Source of the DNA: Antedon mediterranea | Taxonomy: Eukaryota; Animalia; Echinodermata | Direction of reading: 5' to 3' | Length of the DNA stretch: 64,000 bases | Assembly: GCF_964355755.1 (NCBI RefSeq) | Contig: NC_092670.1 | Location: 6,500,201-6,564,200, forward strand | Shown: in pieces, positions 59,201 to 64,000 of the stretch | Layout of the letters: each line of letters opens with the position of its first letter | Position numbering within the stretch: the first letter of the stretch is position 1 | The notes under the pieces: model-generated | Databases searched by the model: none | Told to the model about the DNA's origin: nothing | What the model saw: the letters and a program-made list of their open reading frames with translations, nothing else | Position numbers and translations under genes: made by a program

Positions 59201-62200
59201 GTAATGTCTACAAATGTTCAGGTGGTCGTACATAACCACAACTAGCTAAAAAATTAAATTCATTGAGATTACCAATTGTTTTAATAAGTAGATGTAACAC
59301 TACTACATTTTTACAACATGTCCAAACATTCAGATACCTGTAAACCCAACATGCTGTAATGTTATTGGACGTGACCAGGTAAAAATAACATATGACATTG
59401 GACATATGATCTCCATAAAGTCACCAGTGAAATCAACGTTTCTCAAACATTATGGTTAAATGAAACCTGACATATTATGTTAGTTTTTCTGACTCTGGGT
59501 CAGACATAGGCTACACAAGACTTGTCATTGCTCTGTTTTGTCAATAGACTAGATATACAGAACACCTCTCATGATTCTGTTTTGTCCATGGGCTAGATAT
59601 TTTCACAACTTCTTTAAATCAAAAACTATTTTTAAAATAATTGTAATGTTCTACTGCAACGCTTAAAACTTAAATCTTATCTCTTAATAATATTTGTTTA
59701 TATTTGTCGAAAATTAATATCCAGCACACTTTTTCAGATACCGAGCCTCCTGAATACATTGGATGTCCTTCTAATATAATTGTCATGGTTCCTGTTGGAA
59801 TAGCCAATAGATCTGTAACATGGATAGAACCAGCAGCTACTGATAATGCCGGAGTATACAATGTAACATCTACTCACAGACCTGGTGATACATTTGAAAT
59901 TGGCACAGTTACAGTGACATACACAACATTTGATACTGCCGGACTAAACACAACTTGTGTATTTGAAGTAACAGTTCAAGGTATTTGGTTTATAAAATGT
60001 ACAACTGTGTAAAACGTGCAGACGTTCAACTAAACCTTGATTTCTGAAATATAATGTTTTGAATGTATATATGTATACATGAGCTGTATGGGTTTGTTTT
60101 TTCATTGATATATTTATATTCATTATTGTATGTATTGCAAGGTATAACATTTTACAGGCAATTTGATTTTCATTGTAACTCCCCCATCTGCCTATTGTTT
60201 ATATACCATGATAACGTATATGTGTAGGTTAGATCACACAGCCTAATATTTCCGATTATAGAGCTTTTTTACAGTTAGATCAATCCAGCTTAAGGTGTGT
60301 TTACCTAGAGGGCTTTTCATAACCTCTTTATCTGCACTATCATCATCACCATCAGTGAGGAGTAAATAATTGTCACGTAATGATTTCTTTTGAATCTATA
60401 GATACGGAAGATCCAGTGTTTACCAACTGTCCAAATTCTCCAATAGAAGTAGTCACTGATGAGGGCTTTGCATATGCGAACGTGTCATGGGATGACCCCC
60501 AACCTATGGACAATTCTGGCATGTTTACAGTTACTCAAGTGAATTATCCTGGTGATAGTTTTTATGTTGGAACTCATTCTGTTAACATAACAGCTGAAGA
60601 TGAAGATGGTAACATTGGTATCTGCACTTTTGTGATAACTGTCAAAGGTAATACGGCTACTGTGTACATGTTGCGTAAATAAGGGATGAAGCACTGTAGT
60701 CTACATAATTTACCTTGAATAAATTGAACCATACTAATGTTTGCAATTAACACCCTCACACAGTAAATACCAGATGTGTGTGGGTTTATGAAGACAGGAC
60801 CATCAGCGCAACCTCACATCAAATGACTGAGAGTAAAGTAACATCTTCCTAAGAAAATAATATTCTAAAAAAATTCATAACTTTAACCTTCTCACATGTC
60901 ATTTCCTTTCTTTCAGATGAAGAAGAACCTGTACTAACTGGATGTCCAATGGACATTATTTTAAATACTACAAGTATGCTTTCATATGCTAATGCTACTT
61001 GGATGACTCCAAATGCTTCAGATAATTCAGGCAATGTAACCTTAGTTTCTACACATAACCCAGGTGATGGCTTTGCAGCAACAACCACTGAAGTCACTTA
61101 CACAGCAAGTGATCCGTATGGAAACGAAGCAATTTGTACATTCAATGTTACTGTAATTGGTAAGAATAACGTTTAATTTTTAACAATTACTATAAAATAT
61201 TTCAATTAATTTTTTTTAAAGAGTACTTTTTATAAAGAGAAAGATAAACTGTATAACAGAATGTACTTTAGATAATGTACTTTTCCAATTTATTAAACAG
61301 ATGCCGAGTCTCCTACTTTGAACTGTGTGTCCAATGTGACTGTGTACACTGATTTTAATTCAGCAACAGCTAATGTATCGTGGCTAGTACCAGAAACAAC
61401 AGACAACAGTGGTTTAGAAGCTACATTAACCTCTAACTACGAACCAAATACACTGTTTAATATTGGAATAACTCTAGTAATGTACACATCAACAGATGCA
61501 TCAAATAATGTGCAAACGTGCATGTTCAATGTAACTGTAATTGGTAAGTTAACTTTATATGACAAAATACATTAACATAAATACTAAAATATATAGAAAG
61601 TTAAAAGTTCCTTTGTCGTATTTATTATTTTATTGTAGATAATGAAGATCCAGTATTTTATTGTCTTGACAACATTATGGCATATACAGATGAGTCACAA
61701 TATTTTTCAACTGTGTATTGGAATGTGTCAGTTACTGATAATTCAGGTAATGTTACATATAATTGTACAAGTGAGTCTGGTGACCAGTTTGATGCTTTTT
61801 GGCCAATTATACAACAAAATGTAAGCTGTATGGCACAGGATCCTTCTGGAAATGACGCATCTTGCTTTTTCACCGTAACGGTCGATGGTGAGTTTATCAT
61901 GATTGTGAAGATTGTCTTGCACACAAACATGTTTCTTTTAAAATTAAAGTCTACAATGTTAAATCAAATACAAAGACAACAAATAATTTTTTTCAATATT
62001 TACCTATGATATCATGGTGTATTTAATTATTGTTCTATAGATTTTACAAAATCTTAAAAATGTTATTACATTTACATTATTAACTTGTCACTCTGTTATT
62101 TATAGAGTAAGTATCAGTCAGCAATAAATAGATTTTTGAACAATTTGTGTTGTCACAAATTCTGTTTTTCTTATAGATAATGAGAATCCAAATATAACAT

Positions 62201-63624
62201 GTCCCAGTGACTTCAACAAGACAACAGATAATGGACAACCAACAGCTTGGATTCAATGGGATGTTGAATACACAGAAAACACAGAATCTTTATATGATGT
62301 CAGCCTAACAGGACCAGGCTCAAGTTATAATCAGTCTGGTGAACACTTCCCCATTGGAACAACAACACTTGAATATACAGTAACTGATGCATTTGGAAAC
62401 AGTGATAACTGTACATTTTATGTCACTGTACGAGGTGAATATTAGTTGTAAATATTTTTGGATAATTTTAACGATTTTCAGTAAAACAGTTAATGTTTGC
62501 ATGAAATTGGTTATAAATAAATATATTGCCTAAGACTGCAAACAACCCACGAACCTCATACCTTCTAACTTAAAATTGTAATTGCTTAACATTGTGCGAT
62601 TACTTATTCATTTTTGAATTATTAATTCCCTTTCTTTTTAAACAGATGAAGAAGACCCTGTGATATCGAGCTGTTCAATGAACATTGCTTTGAATACTAC
62701 ACGTAAGTTACCATTCACTAATGCTACTTGGATGACTCCAAATGCTTCAGATAATTCAGGCAATGTTACATTAATCTCTACACATAAGCCTGGTGATGGC
62801 TTTGCAGCAACAACAACTGAAGTCACTTACACAGCAACTGATCCGTATGGAAACGAAGACATCTGTATATTCAATGTTACTGTAATTGGTAAGATTAACA
62901 TTTAATTTGTATTAAACAATTACTATAAAACATGTTAATGTATTTACAAAGTTTCTTTAAAAAATAGTATTACTTAAAGAGAAAGATAAACTGCATTTTA
63001 AAATGTACTTTAGATAATGTATTTTTTCGATTTATTAAACAGATGCCGAGTCTCCTACTTTGAACTGCGTGTCCAATGTGACTGTGTACACCGATTTAAA
63101 TTCAGCAACAGCTAATGTGTCCTGGCCAATACCAGAAACAACAGACAACAGTGGTTTAGAACCTACATTAACCTCTAACTATGAACCATATACACTGTTT
63201 AATATTGGAACAATTCTAGTAATGTACACATCAACAGATGCATCAAATAATGTGCAAACTTGCATATTCAATGTCACTGTAATTGGTAAGTATAATTGAT
63301 ATGATAAAGAAAATACATGAACATTTGCTAAAATTTGCAGATAGGTTTTTCATTTTATTTATTTTATTGCAGATAATGAAGATCCTGTATTTGATTGCCC
63401 TAGTGGCAATATTATGGCATATACAGATGAGTCCCAATCATACTCAACTGTTTATTGGAATGTGTCAGTTACTGATAATTCAGGTAACGTTACATATGAT
63501 TGTACGAGTGAATCAGGTGATCAGTTTAATGCTGTTTGGCCAATAATACAACAAAATGTAAGCTGCATGGCACAGGATCCATCGGGAAATGACGAATCTT
63601 GCTTTTTCTCAATAACAATTGAGG
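20212..63624 (+). CDS. Giant secreted hyalin-like multidomain protein (SP, T/P/S linker, D8C/D10C-like, 2 HYR, YWTD propeller, >=52 HYR); 3' end lies beyond the window
   Basis: 63 predicted GT-AG exons joining in one frame, 15,142 nt (about 5,047 aa). HYR exons all begin D-x-E-x-P-x-x-x-(x)-C and end C-x-F-x-(V/I)-x-V. No TM segment or stop codon seen within the window. Confidence 0.85.
21343..22334. repeat. Intronic local duplication separated by a hairpin-headed non-autonomous element
   Basis: ttgattttgccaagcattcga...gtgtgcacttgaattgaattaaaattgtatata occurs at ~21565-21762 and ~22143-22334; perfect 13 bp stem ctagatggtacgc/gcgtaccatctag at 21774-21810. Confidence 0.65.
22705..22776 (+). 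CDS. Thr/Pro/Ser-rich (mucin-like) linker exon
   Basis: gtag|(T)[23 protein letters not shown]|gtat, 72 nt, phase 1-1. Confidence 0.65.
23009..24285 (+). CDS. Uromodulin/GP2/OIT3/VWDE-type D8C/D10C-like domain plus short Cys-pair exon (23009-23215, 23386-23565, 24229-24285)
   Basis: GPCD...EWQRS...GWYKL...RMPT...[11 protein letters not shown]|TYP...GC...PC...AC...YFVHYF..TP...GYCT|DSLLPC...FPPC; all introns phase 1. Confidence 0.8.
24440..25850 (+). mobile_element. Decayed 5'-truncated CR1/L2-group LINE (reverse-transcriptase pseudogene)
   Basis: [22 protein letters not shown] and LYADDT motifs spread across frameshifted ORFs (24742-25344 etc.); ends in (ttga)n at 25825-25850. Confidence 0.85.
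26924..28349 (+). CDS. HYR exons 1-2 (type A 26924-27178; type B 28065-28349)
   Basis: [11 protein letters not shown]...SCSFVVTVE and [10 protein letters not shown]...NCDLSFRVQ; both phase 1-1. Confidence 0.85.
28648..32465 (+). CDS. LDL-receptor class B (YWTD) beta-propeller exons 28648-28893, 31314-31476, 31802-31923, 32217-32465
   Basis: [70 protein letters not shown]; internal intron phases 1/2/1 join in frame. Confidence 0.88.
29430..30022. mobile_element. Non-autonomous element with three internal ~170 bp repeats (possibly Helentron-like)
   Basis: Begins aactagaggcgcgcc; tggc(a/g)gccat(t/g)ttggattt repeats at ~29515, 29692 and 29853; the tail ccaaatttggcgcttttgtcc resembles 9921-9957. 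Superfamily assignment is weak. Confidence 0.45.
30940..31258 (-). mobile_element. Decayed LINE RT fragment (Rex1/L2-like)
   Basis: [19 protein letters not shown]...ADDSAMV, a degenerate form of PQGTVLAPFLFTLYT...DDS. Confidence 0.65.
34480..34846 (-). mobile_element. Gypsy/LTR retrotransposon aspartic-protease relic in an intron
   Basis: Reverse strand [25 protein letters not shown]...[13 protein letters not shown]...PLILGWDF (retropepsin DSG and ILG.DF motifs), interrupted by a stop and frameshift. Confidence 0.65.
40637..43190 (-). mobile_element. Young 5'-truncated CR1-clade LINE inserted antisense in a HYR-array intron
   Basis: Interrupts the repeated intron at tattgcat^aagtaaa (possible 3 bp TSD cat); 3' tail of aaggt-type repeats at 40637-40666; absent from the sister introns. 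Confidence 0.93.
40682..43186 (-). CDS. LINE ORF2 remnant: C-terminal part of APE endonuclease plus complete reverse transcriptase, 834 aa uninterrupted
   Basis: [15 protein letters not shown] (endonuclease); [45 protein letters not shown] (RT); TRGH...WNSLP CR1-type C-terminus. Confidence 0.93.
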   Translation of the reverse strand: MDMDLKDILVAADKYRADHMIVASDFNFKGINWSSKGLSHNVNYKFTDLIDDLMWHQHVDCPTRHRTGEESNILDLVLSREEFDVCDLISSAPLGKSDHVVLTFNLALSFIEKENVTPTRNYYKANYEAIRTKIKESKLNIDMYELDGVSIANSLYSLLDFCILQYVPLRSKTKRYKKQWMNVETVSIVKQKHKAWNRYQSRRTPERWNAYIKVRNETNKAIKKAKKSFECKLASEIKVNPKSFWKYYKEKTGKKTGISALKDERGELIVDDRQKAALLNQAFATVFTKENISDIPVLKLNLDHEVEPLYTVAFPENEIRKHLLALDICKSPGPDGVHSRLLKETANEISPILSTLFSKLLHEGTIPEQWRQANVSPIYKKGCKTNPLNYRPVSLTSILCKTMETFIKNEISKHMEDNKLFCNEQHGFRKGRSCNTQLLEATEKWSSMIDEGHSVDILYCDFQKAFDSVPHERLLHKMHTYGIRGELLKWTKIYLSNRVQRVVVNGEVSDWISVQSGIPQGSVYGVICFTIFINDLPQLVKSPLFLFADDSKTYKAVDSDIDALDFQADIDKMYKWSVKWQLPFNINKCKVMHLGKKSLNTTYFMGTGSDRIQLGVVTQMRDLGVLVDNKLNFHDHIVEVVKKANSRLGLIKRTFEYLDSHSVSILYKSMVRPILEYSSTACLPQFVGDSILLEKVQQRATKLAVEIKTQPYSDRMKFMKLPSLAFRRKRSCCLQIFRMIQKYDNVNPGVFFELAPSTVTRGHNFKIKKVHSKSKHRQKFFSISAVNDWNSLPYHIVNASSINNFKTHLETHWKTHNLKFEPYNQDVQRGTHKP
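50320..50426 (+). pseudogene. Decayed type-B HYR pseudo-exon at the boundary of the two arrays
   Basis: actgc.catcaaatgtcactt...gacatgataccaatccgtactcacaccattacaattacagaaacggatcc matches the start and the later part of exon B with the middle deleted; no intact splice sites seen. Confidence 0.6.
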
Positions 63625-64000
63625 GTGAGCATATTGTGATTATTTATTCATATTTATTGATTTATTTTACATTTTAAAGATTTTTTTACACAAATGATTT
63701 TGTAAAATCTCAAATAAAGTATAGAATAGCAGATTTTAATGATGCAAAAAAATCAATGTTATAAATAATTGAATGCATAAACATAATAATGTAATAAACA
63801 TAATATGTTATAAAACCAGATGGATTAAATGCAAACATATTATGTTTACATACAATTCCGTCGGATTTTACACTGACAAAAATTCATAGGTTTAATATTA
63901 GATTGTCAATATTAAACCATACAATGAGTACCAACGAAGACATACATACTTAACATTCAATAAATGTATATTCAACATTTTAAAGTACCAGGAATTATTG
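50536..64000 (+). repeat. HYR exon array 2: (D-E-F-G-H-I-J-K)x2, D-I, F-G-H...; ~4.55 kb unit
   Basis: Exons: 50536-50781, 51289-51534, 51802-52044, 52184-52426, 52513-52764, 53157-53414, 53693-53935, 54352-54591; 55134-55376, 55817-56062, 56330-56572, 56727-56969, 57057-57308, 57702-57959, 58238-58480, 58921-59160; 59738-59980, 60402-60647, 60917-61159, 61301-61543, 61639-61887, 62177-62434; 62646-62888, 63043-63285, 63373-63624. Confidence 0.92.

Noticed and set aside
33931-63677. The ORF track suggests dozens of small tandem genes, an operon or a cassette array
   Set aside because: Each ORF is an exon bounded by ag|AT and G|gt with intronic tails; they splice into one frame. There are no prokaryotic signals or integron-like sites.

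Overview
AT-rich, intron-containing animal genomic DNA, not prokaryotic. It is most likely an invertebrate deuterostome such as an echinoderm, inferred from the HYR/hyalin-type repeats and Deu/Nin-core SINEs. Two + strand spliced genes could be assembled by hand from GT-AG signals and frame continuity. (1) A complete 4-coding-exon NXPE-family type II membrane protein (10269-14599, 557 aa, GDS motif). (2) A giant secreted modular protein that starts at 20212 and runs off the right edge: signal peptide, Thr/Pro/Ser linker, uromodulin/GP2-type D8C/D10C-like domain, 2 HYR domains, YWTD beta-propeller, then at least 52 more HYR domains (about 5,050 aa inside the window). Each HYR domain is one phase-1/phase-1 exon whose length is a multiple of 3. 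These exons form two homogenised arrays: a 3-exon ~1.5 kb unit with a ~3 kb higher-order dimer, and an 8-exon ~4.55 kb unit. Both arrays show recombination scars. The rest is transposon-rich: a 3.4 kb foldback element with a target-site duplication, a young 5'-truncated CR1-type LINE with an intact 834-aa ORF inside the HYR array, decayed CR1/Rex1/RTE LINE and Gypsy-protease relics, two tRNA-headed SINEs, a MITE and minisatellites. No database search was possible, so family names come from motif recognition and exon boundaries are unverified predictions.
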